From positions 397 through 64,396 of the forward strand of contig JAEWJM010000011.1 of assembly GCA_023386585.1 (NCBI GenBank): a stretch of DNA of 64,000 nt, in the 5' to 3' direction. The notes beneath the pieces are model-generated. The model saw nothing but the letters and a program-made list of their open reading frames with translations. It ran no database searches and was not told the DNA's origin. Position numbers and translations under genes: made by a program. The stretch's first letter is position 1. The number at the start of each line of letters is the position of its first letter. Shown piece after piece: positions 28,532-37,141 of the stretch. Source of the DNA: Bacteroidota bacterium (GTDB lineage: Bacteria > Bacteroidota > Bacteroidia > Flavobacteriales > Flavobacteriaceae).

Positions 28532-29599
28532 TTGCCGAAAGAAACTTCACATATAGCGGTCATTCGGTTCTCTGCAATGGGAGATGTCGCGATGACCGTC
28601 CCGGTATTGCGCGCCTTGGCACAGCAACATCCCGAGGTAAAGATCACAATGGTTTCGCGGCCACTTTTTCGAGCCTTCTTTGACGATATTCCGAACATCG
28701 GATTCTTTGAAGCCGACCTTGGCAATCGCTACAAAGGGTTACGAGGCCTCTTCCGATTGTATTCCGAACTGAAAATGTGGAAAGTCGACGCAGTTGCAGA
28801 TCTGCACAATGTCCTACGCTCCAAAATTGTTCGGTTGCTTTTTAAGCTTGGCGGAGTCGAAACGGCAGCCGTCGACAAAGCGCGCGCTGAAAAAAAAGGA
28901 TTGACTCGCCCCAAAGACAAAATTTTTAGGCAACTGCTTCCAATCACGGAAAGATATTGCAACGTATTCGCTTCGCTGGGCTTTCCGGTATCGCTCGCGC
29001 AACCGCATTTTCCAAAGCCAAACCCATTGACTGCCGAAATTGAAGCGGTTACAGGTTTCAAGGAACCGAAATGGATCGGAATTGCTCCTTTTGCCAAGCA
29101 CGAGGGAAAAGTTTATCCCGCAGATCTGATGCGGGAAGTTATCAAAGAGCTTTCTGACGATAACACAAATAAGCTTTTTCTCTTTGGTGCCGGAAAGGAA
29201 GAAATCGATATTCTTCACAATTATGCCCAAACCAATAGAAATATTATTGTGGTCGCAGGTAAATTATCGCTCAAGGACGAACTTAATCTAATTTCGAACC
29301 TCGATCTGATGCTTTCCATGGATTCCGCGAATGCTCATATCGCCGCAAACTTCGGAATTCCGGTCGTTACACTTTGGGGCGCAACTCACCCTTTTGCCGG
29401 ATTTGCACCGTTTAATCAACCTTCGGAGAATGCAATTACTGCAGACCGCGAAAAATATCCCATGCTTCCAACATCGGTTTACGGAAATAAAAAAGTTGAA
29501 GGCTACGACGATGCAATGAGAACCATTGCGCCGGATGTCGTCGTCGAAAAAATAAAGTCAATTTTAAGATCGCCAAATTCCGATCAAACATCGTCATAA
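28532..29599 (+). CDS. GT9 glycosyltransferase (LPS heptosyltransferase family)
   Basis: IAVIRFSAMGDVAMTVPVLRAL, a C-terminal SMDSANAHIAA pattern, and a TTG start. Confidence 0.85.
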   Translation: MPKETSHIAVIRFSAMGDVAMTVPVLRALAQQHPEVKITMVSRPLFRAFFDDIPNIGFFEADLGNRYKGLRGLFRLYSELKMWKVDAVADLHNVLRSKIVRLLFKLGGVETAAVDKARAEKKGLTRPKDKIFRQLLPITERYCNVFASLGFPVSLAQPHFPKPNPLTAEIEAVTGFKEPKWIGIAPFAKHEGKVYPADLMREVIKELSDDNTNKLFLFGAGKEEIDILHNYAQTNRNIIVVAGKLSLKDELNLISNLDLMLSMDSANAHIAANFGIPVVTLWGATHPFAGFAPFNQPSENAITADREKYPMLPTSVYGNKKVEGYDDAMRTIAPDVVVEKIKSILRSPNSDQTSS

Positions 29600-30636
29600 T
29601 CGACGACGATTTCTTTTGATGTCGGATGCGCCTGACAGGTAAGAATCAATCCTTCGGCGATCTCGCCATCGGTCAAAATCGCATTTTTCTTCATTTCGGC
29701 TGTTCCTTTTGTAATTCGCGCAAGACAACTGCTGCAGATTCCACCTTGGCACGAATACGGTGCGTCGAGTCCTTGTTTCAGCGCAGCTTCCAAAAGCGTT
29801 TGCTTCTGCGACATTTCAAAAGTTGTTTCGTCGCCATCGACCATTACGGTAATTTTGGTATGTCCTTCAAGGCTGGCATCGATCTCGTTCTCGGCCTTCG
29901 GAGCAAAGAAAAGTTCAAACCGGATGTCTTTCTCCTTAATATTGTGCTCTTTCAAAACTTCACTTACCGTGTTGATCATAGCCTCGGGGCCGCACAGATA
30001 GAATTTCGAAAATTCAATTTCCTTATACTTGTTGTTCAATATCCAGTTTACCGTTGATCTTTCAATCCGGCCAAACAGCTCGTGTTCGACTTTTGTGCGG
30101 CTGTAAATGTGGTGGACGAAAAGCCTGCCGGTGAATTTCTGCATCAATTCATGAAGAAGGTCGTGGAAAATGGTTTCCTCGGGAGATTTGTTCCCATATA
30201 CTAAAACAAATGTACTCTGAGGCTCGCCCTCTAAAACGCTTTGGAGTATTGCCATGACCGGGGTGATTCCGCTTCCGGCAGTAAACGCAGCATAATTGCG
30301 AACTCGCGACGAGTCGGGTTCAAAAGTAAATTTTCCTTCAGGAGTGCTGACTTCAATCAAATCGCCTGGCTTCAGTGAATTATTGGCAAAGTGCGAAAAT
30401 GCGCCTGGCGAAACCGATTTTATCGCAATCCGCAGTTCACCGCTGCCGGGAGCCGAACAGATCGAATAGGCGCGCCTGATCTCTTCCCCGTCAAGCGTAA
30501 GTTTTAAAGTGACATATTGGCCCGCAATAAAGTCGTAATACGGCCTCAACTCCGCCGGAACGTTGAACATTACTGAAATAGCGTGCTCGGTTTCGCGCCT
30601 GACTTCCTTTATGCTTAGCTTGTAAAATGATGACAT
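29584..30636 (-). CDS. FAD/NAD(P)-binding reductase fused to a plant-type 2Fe-2S ferredoxin (PaaE / ferredoxin-NADP reductase-like)
   Basis: RAYSICS, GSGITP and a C-terminal CQGGICSSC. The start at MSSFYKL (30636) is supported by a -7 box at 30651. Confidence 0.85.
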   Translation of the reverse strand: MSSFYKLSIKEVRRETEHAISVMFNVPAELRPYYDFIAGQYVTLKLTLDGEEIRRAYSICSAPGSGELRIAIKSVSPGAFSHFANNSLKPGDLIEVSTPEGKFTFEPDSSRVRNYAAFTAGSGITPVMAILQSVLEGEPQSTFVLVYGNKSPEETIFHDLLHELMQKFTGRLFVHHIYSRTKVEHELFGRIERSTVNWILNNKYKEIEFSKFYLCGPEAMINTVSEVLKEHNIKEKDIRFELFFAPKAENEIDASLEGHTKITVMVDGDETTFEMSQKQTLLEAALKQGLDAPYSCQGGICSSCLARITKGTAEMKKNAILTDGEIAEGLILTCQAHPTSKEIVVDYDDV

Positions 30637-30650
30637 CCGAAAATTTTTTG

Positions 30651-30658
30651 CAAAAATA
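30651..30658 (-). promoter_or_regulatory. -7 box TATTTTTG
   Basis: Exact minus-strand match 14 nt upstream of ATG 30636. Confidence 0.4.
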
Positions 30659-30764
30659 GGCAAAAACCGCCAAGGCAAAAAGCTTGTCCTGCTGAACAGA
30701 ACGAAAGCCTGTTGAATTGTAACTTTTTGTTACTTTTATGGCCTAACCGAACCAAACCACTCTC

Positions 30765-32237
30765 ATGTTCAGAAAATTCCTGGGGCTCGAAAGGCGGGCG
30801 TTCTTCCGATCTGCATCTTTTTCGGTCAATCTGGCGCTGAAAATTCTGATGGGATTTGTCGCGATTTATTTTACGGTGTGCTTTCTGGCGCTCGGAATCG
30901 GAGCCTTTTTCATTATCCGCGAAAGTACCACGACCGACCCGCTGGAATTCGTCAACCGCTATCTGATTTATTATTTCATAATCGACCTTATCATCCGGTT
31001 GCTGCTGCAGAAAATCCCGGTGATGAACATCCGCCCGCTGCTGGCGATGCCGATACGAAAAAACACAATTGTCAATTTCGCTCTCGCCAAGACGGCAGCA
31101 TCTTTTTTTAACTTCCTGCATTGGTTTTTCTTCATTCCTTTCGCAATCGTACTGATGACACAAGGCTATGATAAAACTGGCGCTGTGCTTTGGCTGGTCG
31201 CAATGATGTGTTTGATCTACTCCAATAATTTTTTAAATATCCTGATCAACAACAAAGATTGGCTGTTCTATCTTTTTGCGGCTGTTGTCCTTTCGCTCGC
31301 GGCACTGCAGTATTATGGAATTTTTGATGTGACGTCAGTAACTGTAGGCTTTTTCCAGGGAATGTACGCCACACTTTACCTATTTGCGATTCCGCTGGCG
31401 GCAGTGATCGTGCTGTACTTTTTAAATTTCACTTACTTAAAATCAAATCTTCACCTCGACACCGGATTGTCGAAAAAGCACGCCGTTGCCAACACCGAAC
31501 ATTACGGATGGCTCGACCAGTTTGGAACCGTCGGCACTTTTCTCAAGAACGATATCCGTTTGATAAAGAGAAATAAACGTTCGCGAATGACCGTTGTTAT
31601 GAGCGTATTCTTCCTTTTTTACGGTTTACTGTTTTTTACAAACTCGCTCGAAGCTTACCGGAATCCGATGTGGCACATGTTTGCGGGAATTTTCGTAACC
31701 GGAGGTTTCTTGTTCACGTTCGGGCAGTTCGTTCCGAGTTGGGACAGTTCTTATTACAATCTGATGATGACCCAAAACATTTCCTATAAAGGATATCTTC
31801 GGGCAAAATGGTGGCTGATCGTTGTCGGAACGCTGATTTCCCTCATCCTGGCCAGCGGATATCTCTATTTTGGCTGGCACGTTTACCTGATGATCGTAGT
31901 CGGTGCCATTTACAATATGGGTTTCAATTCGCATTTAGTCCTTCTCGGTGGCGCGTTCAATAAAACCGCGATTGATTTAAATGCGAAGACTGCTTTTGGC
32001 GAGAAAAAAGCCTTCAATTTGAAAACGATGCTGGTTTCGATGCCAAAGCTCGTGCTGCCGATATTGCTTTATTTCGCAGGAAAAGTTTTTTTTAATGATG
32101 AAGTCGGACTCGCGTTTGTAGCCGTTGCCGGAATCATCGGGTTTGCACTTCGTGACAGAGTCTTCAGCTGGATCGAAAAAATTTACAGAACAGAAAAATA
32201 TTCAACCATTCAGGCTTACAAACAAAACAACAACTGA
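30765..32237 (+). CDS. Polytopic membrane protein, putative permease partner of the downstream ABC ATPase (DUF5687-like, assigned from memory)
   Basis: 490 aa with about 12 TM segments. The stop overlaps the ATPase ATG by 1 nt. Confidence 0.65.
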   Translation: MFRKFLGLERRAFFRSASFSVNLALKILMGFVAIYFTVCFLALGIGAFFIIRESTTTDPLEFVNRYLIYYFIIDLIIRLLLQKIPVMNIRPLLAMPIRKNTIVNFALAKTAASFFNFLHWFFFIPFAIVLMTQGYDKTGAVLWLVAMMCLIYSNNFLNILINNKDWLFYLFAAVVLSLAALQYYGIFDVTSVTVGFFQGMYATLYLFAIPLAAVIVLYFLNFTYLKSNLHLDTGLSKKHAVANTEHYGWLDQFGTVGTFLKNDIRLIKRNKRSRMTVVMSVFFLFYGLLFFTNSLEAYRNPMWHMFAGIFVTGGFLFTFGQFVPSWDSSYYNLMMTQNISYKGYLRAKWWLIVVGTLISLILASGYLYFGWHVYLMIVVGAIYNMGFNSHLVLLGGAFNKTAIDLNAKTAFGEKKAFNLKTMLVSMPKLVLPILLYFAGKVFFNDEVGLAFVAVAGIIGFALRDRVFSWIEKIYRTEKYSTIQAYKQNNN

Positions 32238-32932
32238 TGATACAGGTAACCAACCTTACGAAATTGTATAACGGAATCCGCGTCCTTAACATCGGTTCGC
32301 TGGAAATCGAAAAAGGCCAGAGTTTTGGACTTGTCGGAAATAACGGCGCGGGCAAAACAACCTTCTTCAGCCTGTTGCTCGACCTTATCGAACCGACCTC
32401 AGGAAGCATAAAAAATAACGGCGTCCAGGTCAACACAAGTGAAGACTGGAAACCTTTTACTTCAGCATTTATCGACGAAAGTTTCCTAATCGGATATCTG
32501 ACTGCTGAGGAATATTTTTACTTTATCGGCGACCTTCGCAAACAAAACAAGTCCGAAGTCGATGCTTTGCTTTTGAAGTACGAAGAGTTTTTCAACGGTG
32601 AAATCCTGAAAAGCCGCAAATACATCCGTGACCTGTCGAAAGGGAATATGAAGAAAGTCGGAATTATCGCTGCGCTGATCGGTAAACCCGAGGTGATAAT
32701 TCTTGATGAGCCTTTTGCCAATCTTGATCCTACGACTGTAAATCGGTTGAAGAAAATCATACGTGAACTAGCCGATGACCCGAATGTTACCATTTTAGTG
32801 TCAAGCCACGATTTGAATCATACGGTTGATGTCTGCGACCGGATCGTTGCTCTTCAGAAAGGCGAGGTGATGAAAGACATTCGCAAATCAGCCGAAACAC
32901 TGAAAGAGCTGGAAGAATTCTTCGCGGTTTAA
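32237..32932 (+). CDS. ABC transporter ATP-binding protein
   Basis: Walker A GNNGAGKTT, signature-like LSKGNMKKV, Walker B VIILDEP, H-loop SSHD. Confidence 0.9.
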   Translation: MIQVTNLTKLYNGIRVLNIGSLEIEKGQSFGLVGNNGAGKTTFFSLLLDLIEPTSGSIKNNGVQVNTSEDWKPFTSAFIDESFLIGYLTAEEYFYFIGDLRKQNKSEVDALLLKYEEFFNGEILKSRKYIRDLSKGNMKKVGIIAALIGKPEVIILDEPFANLDPTTVNRLKKIIRELADDPNVTILVSSHDLNHTVDVCDRIVALQKGEVMKDIRKSAETLKELEEFFAV

Positions 32933-33078
32933 GCCTGCAAACATCCGACAATCCCAACGCATCGGCGGCTTTTGAAAAAACGGGCGCAAATTTTCGCCAT
33001 GTCAAAAAGAAACGTATTTTTACCAGTCAGTATACTAAAACGCCGTCCCCGGCAGTTAAGGTTAAAAACGTTTTTACA

Positions 33079-36000
33079 TTGAAATCCAGCCTTTTTAAAT
33101 ACGCCTTTTCCGGCGGGCTTGCGCTTGTTATCATCGCGTGCTCGACTAAGCGGAACTCATTTGTTTCGCGGAATTCACACGCGTTGAGTACTAAATACAA
33201 CATCTTATATAACGGTGGAATTGCACTGGATGCCGGAGTAAAAGACCTGACTCTTGCCACCGATAATTTTTGGGAAAGGCTTCCAATTGAGCCGATGCAA
33301 CCGCCGCAGGATGCAATGGCGCCAGGCCAAACCCGAAACGCGAATTTTGAACGTGCCGAAACCAAGGCGATAAAGGCGATCCAAAAACACTCGATGTTGA
33401 TCGGCGGAAGTGAGAAAAATCCACAGATGGACGAAGCGCACCTGATGCTGGGGAAAGCACGGTACTACGACCAACGTTATGTTCCCGCGCTGGAGGCCTT
33501 CAACTACATTCTGTACAAATATCCCGGTAGTGACAAAATCTACGAAGCCAAGGTCTGGCGCGAAAAAACAAATATCCGCCTCGAAAACGATCAGCTGGCT
33601 GTAAATAATCTCCGCAAACTACTGTCGGAAATAAAACTCAAAGACCAGATTTTTGCCGATGCCAATGCAATCCTCGCGCAGGCATTCCTGAACCTGGAGG
33701 AAAAAGACAGCGCCGTTGCCAGGCTTAAAGTCGCGCGCGATTTCACCGAGCAGGACGAACAAAAAGCGCGTTACCGGTTTATCCTTGGACAACTTTACGA
33801 AGAACTCGGTTATAAAGACAGCGCATACGCCGCCTATCAGTCGGTTATCGACATGAATCTTAAAGCGCCGAGGCAATATGTCGTTCAGGCGCACAATCGC
33901 CAGGCATCGCAGTTCGATTTTACCAAAGGCGACACTGTTGCTTTCCTCAAAAAATACAAGAAGCTCCTGAAGGATCGGTATAACCGACCTTATCTGGGTG
34001 CTTTGAATCACCAGATGGGGATTTTCTATGACAAACAGAAAAACTACCGGAATGCGATCAAATACTACAACGCCTCTCTTAACGCGAATGCCCCCGACCA
34101 ATATTTGATGGCATCAAACTACAGGAACCTGGCAGAAATCTACTTCAATAAGGCAAAATATGCGACTGCCGGGCAATATTACGACAGCACCTTAGTCCAA
34201 TTAAACCAGCGTTCGCGTGAATTCAAACTGATTAAAAAGAAGCGTGAAAACCTCGTTGATGTAATAAAATTCGAGACAATCGCGCAAACGAACGACAGTA
34301 TTTTGCGGATGGTTGCAATGACCGACGCCGAACGGGTCACAGCTTATGAGCAACACATTGCGCGCATAAAAAAGGAAGACGAAATTAAAAAAGCTCTTGC
34401 TGACAAAGCGCGTGAAGCCGCCGAAGCCGCCGGGAAAAGTCCGGAAGGAATGGACAAAGATGCAGCATCAACCCGCAAACAAGGCCCTGAATCGGGTCGT
34501 GGCGTTTCGGGCGGCAGAAAATCACCCACCGGAAATGCTGCTGTTGCTGGCGCTGTTGCTTCAAGTGGCACCGAAAGTGATTTTTACTTTTACAATCCGA
34601 CTACGGTTGCATTTGGGAAGGCCGAATTCAGGAAAAACTGGGGCGACAGGACGCTAAAGAACAACTGGAGGATTTCGTCGGCAAACCCGGCCGGTGGCGC
34701 TCCAACCAAGGCACCTGATCAGGATCAGGCCGTCGCGTCAAAAGACACTCCCGAAAATAGCGGCGCAGCTGATGAAAGATATTCGGTTGACTACTATATC
34801 GACCAGCTTCCGAAAGATCAAAAGGTAATCGACAGCCTCGCGAAAGAGCGGAATTTCGCCTATTATCAATTGGGCGTAATATATAAGGAGAAGTTCAGGG
34901 AATATGCACGCGCTTCCGACAAGCTTGAAGCATTGCTCGCGAATAATCCCGAGGAAAGGCTGATTCTTCCTGCGATGTACAACCTGTACAAGATTTACGA
35001 ATTGACCGATCCGGCGAAAGCACAGGCAATGCGCGGCCGCATTATCGACCAATATCCGGATTCGCGATACGCACAAATATTAAACAACGCGAATTCAGAA
35101 AGCATTGCGAGCCTTTCACCAGAAATCGCCTACGACAATCTCTATAGGAAATTCCGCGAAGGCGATTACCGAAATGCCTTGATTGATGCCGATGCCGCTG
35201 TTGATCAATATACCGGAGACGAAATCGTTTCGAAATTTGAACTGCTTCGCGCTCAGATTACAGGAAAACTGAAAGGATTAGGCGAATACCGAAAAGCACT
35301 TAATTTCGTTGCGCTGAATTATCCGAACAGTCCCGAAGGCAAGCAAGCGGAAGATCTTTTGGGAAAAGAAATCCCGGCGCTCGAAAATCTCAAGTTTAGT
35401 AAGTCGGAAACCACCAATTGGAAAATCCTCTATCGTTCGGTGAGCCCAGACGACAAAGCGACCAAAAATCTGCGTGATAAAATTAAAAAGTTCCTTGCCG
35501 ACCGTGAACTTGGAAAATTGACTACATCCTATGACATCTATACGATGAATGAAAACTTCGTCGTGATCCATGGTCCGCAATCGGAAGACTACGCCAAAGG
35601 AATCGCATCGATTCTCAAGGAATTCAAGGATTATAAAGTTCCGGACATGCCGATTATCATTTCAGGCCAGAATTATGAAATTGTGCAGATGAAGAAGAAT
35701 CTGGATGAATACCTGAACAATCCGCAGATGATTGATGTTTCGGTTACAAATCAACTTCCATATACACCGTCGGTAACGCAGAACACCAATGCGCCGTCGC
35801 AACCAAAAGCCGTTCGTAACCCTAAGCAGGGAATTTCCGGAAAGAACGAAGTTCCGCCTGCAGGTGCTGCTCCGGGCGTGCCGCAGATGAATCCCGCTGG
35901 AGCACCAGGCGGAACTCCGGGCAAATCAAATCCGGCAACGCAATCACAACCGCCGGGACTTGGCAATCCGCCGCCGTCTCCGCAGTCACCGAGAAAATAA
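33079..36000 (+). CDS. sprE: T9SS/gliding lipoprotein SprE (PorW), TPR-rich
   Basis: Lipobox LALVIIAC followed by SRNSHALSTKYNILYNG, which I recognise as the SprE/PorW N-terminal signature. Also TPR-like repeats, 973 aa and a P/G/A-rich tail. TTG start. Confidence 0.75.
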   Translation: MKSSLFKYAFSGGLALVIIACSTKRNSFVSRNSHALSTKYNILYNGGIALDAGVKDLTLATDNFWERLPIEPMQPPQDAMAPGQTRNANFERAETKAIKAIQKHSMLIGGSEKNPQMDEAHLMLGKARYYDQRYVPALEAFNYILYKYPGSDKIYEAKVWREKTNIRLENDQLAVNNLRKLLSEIKLKDQIFADANAILAQAFLNLEEKDSAVARLKVARDFTEQDEQKARYRFILGQLYEELGYKDSAYAAYQSVIDMNLKAPRQYVVQAHNRQASQFDFTKGDTVAFLKKYKKLLKDRYNRPYLGALNHQMGIFYDKQKNYRNAIKYYNASLNANAPDQYLMASNYRNLAEIYFNKAKYATAGQYYDSTLVQLNQRSREFKLIKKKRENLVDVIKFETIAQTNDSILRMVAMTDAERVTAYEQHIARIKKEDEIKKALADKAREAAEAAGKSPEGMDKDAASTRKQGPESGRGVSGGRKSPTGNAAVAGAVASSGTESDFYFYNPTTVAFGKAEFRKNWGDRTLKNNWRISSANPAGGAPTKAPDQDQAVASKDTPENSGAADERYSVDYYIDQLPKDQKVIDSLAKERNFAYYQLGVIYKEKFREYARASDKLEALLANNPEERLILPAMYNLYKIYELTDPAKAQAMRGRIIDQYPDSRYAQILNNANSESIASLSPEIAYDNLYRKFREGDYRNALIDADAAVDQYTGDEIVSKFELLRAQITGKLKGLGEYRKALNFVALNYPNSPEGKQAEDLLGKEIPALENLKFSKSETTNWKILYRSVSPDDKATKNLRDKIKKFLADRELGKLTTSYDIYTMNENFVVIHGPQSEDYAKGIASILKEFKDYKVPDMPIIISGQNYEIVQMKKNLDEYLNNPQMIDVSVTNQLPYTPSVTQNTNAPSQPKAVRNPKQGISGKNEVPPAGAAPGVPQMNPAGAPGGTPGKSNPATQSQPPGLGNPPPSPQSPRK

Positions 36001-36001
36001 T

Positions 36002-36418
36002 ATGTTTGATAAAAGTCCGAAATCGTACACCGAGCTTCTTGGCAAAACCAACCGAATCGTTGAAGGAACGATCATCAAGGGAAATATTCTTTCCCACGCC
36101 GATTTCAGGCTTGATGGCGAGCTTGTCGGAAACTTCCAGTCGAACGGAAAAATCGTGATCGGGCCGGCTGGCAGCGTGACCGGAGATATTGTTTGCAAAA
36201 ATGCCGACATCGAAGGCAAGTTTCATGGTAAAATCCAGGTAGCCGAAATGCTCAACATCAAATCAAAAGCGGTAATTCACGGCGAGGCTGTGGTCGGTAA
36301 ATTGTCGGTTGAGCCGGGCGCCGAATTCAGCGCATCCTGCACGATGAAGCCAACCTTAAAAAGCCTTCCAAGCAATGAGCGACCAACACAGCAAAAAATC
36401 GGGGAAAACATCCAATAA
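36002..36418 (+). CDS. Bactofilin-family (polymer-forming cytoskeletal) protein
   Basis: Beta-helical repeat pattern: GNILSHADFRLDGELVGNFQSNGKIVIGPAGSVTGDIVCKNADIEGKFHGKIQV...IHGEAVVGKLSVEPGAEF. The ATG lies 1 nt after the sprE stop. Confidence 0.8.
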   Translation: MFDKSPKSYTELLGKTNRIVEGTIIKGNILSHADFRLDGELVGNFQSNGKIVIGPAGSVTGDIVCKNADIEGKFHGKIQVAEMLNIKSKAVIHGEAVVGKLSVEPGAEFSASCTMKPTLKSLPSNERPTQQKIGENIQ

Positions 36419-36611
36419 ATGGCTCGCACTGATCAACATTCCGATTCAGATGGGCCTGATCATTTTTGCATTTGCCTGGATTGGAGATTGGCTCGACGGC
36501 GAATATCCAAATGAAAACCGACTTTACGTAAAAATCCTTACCATGGCTGGCGTTGCACTTGCTTTCTACAACGTCAACAGACAGCTAAAAAATATCAATA
36601 AACAACAATGA
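36375..36611 (+). CDS. atpZ: AtpZ/AtpI-family small membrane protein
   Basis: WLALINIPIQMGLIIFAFAWIGDWLDGEYPNEN...LTMAGVALAFYNV is the two-helix AtpZ pattern. It overlaps the bactofilin gene by 44 nt in another frame. Confidence 0.75.
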   Translation: MSDQHSKKSGKTSNKWLALINIPIQMGLIIFAFAWIGDWLDGEYPNENRLYVKILTMAGVALAFYNVNRQLKNINKQQ

Positions 36612-36991
36612 GCGGTTTTTTTAAGCCTTTGCTGGCAGTTCCTGTAGCTGCGCTCGCGGGATTTGCGATCCATAAAGCAATATTTCATTTCCTGCTGAAT
36701 AACGCTGACGAAGGTTTCTACTACAAGCTTCCGTTTCTGTACGGCATGTTCTGTATGTTTTCGATTGTAATCCTTGCGATCCTGTTGGTTGTGCGGCAAA
36801 GAAGCATCAACAATACCGGCTTTGTTTTTATGTTACTCACGGTTCTAAAACTGGTAGCGGCGTATGCAATACTTTATCCGATCCTTCACGATGAAGCGCA
36901 CCAATCGGAAAAACTTCACTTCTTCATTGTTTTCGCTTTTTTCCTTGCCGTTGAAACTGCAATTTCCGTCAGATTACTTAACCGTTCTTAA
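36608..36991 (+). CDS. Four-helix membrane protein in the AtpI position
   Basis: 127 aa. ATGA overlap with atpZ. Hydrophobic helices; I recognise no family. Confidence 0.6.
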   Translation: MSGFFKPLLAVPVAALAGFAIHKAIFHFLLNNADEGFYYKLPFLYGMFCMFSIVILAILLVVRQRSINNTGFVFMLLTVLKLVAAYAILYPILHDEAHQSEKLHFFIVFAFFLAVETAISVRLLNRS

Positions 36992-37094
36992 GCGGAATAA
37001 CCCGAAATTTTGCACAATAAACAGTATTCCGGACGAGTCGCAACTGTTACGACAAAAAAAGTTAATTATCTTCTTGCTTTATTATTAAAAGATA

Positions 37095-37102
37095 TACCTT
37101 TG
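37095..37102 (+). promoter_or_regulatory. -7 box TACCTTTG upstream of atpB
   Basis: Exact match 39 nt before ATG 37142. A CTTG lies about 19 nt upstream as a weak -33. Confidence 0.4.
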
Positions 37103-37141
37103 CACCAAATTTTCAGGACACAACTCAAGATACAATAACCT

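Noticed and set aside
23174-30636. Possible phenylacetate catabolic pathway, suggested by a PaaK-like ligase (23174-24496) and a PaaE-like reductase (29584-30636)
   Set aside because: There are no paaABCD oxygenase genes, and the two genes are 5 kb apart in different operons. The ligase is translationally coupled to glycan enzymes. The resemblance is at family level only.
36375-36418. Bactofilin-atpZ overlap considered as evidence of a frameshifted fusion gene
   Set aside because: The two products belong to unrelated families, and each is complete in its own frame. It is reported as an overlap rather than a pseudogene.
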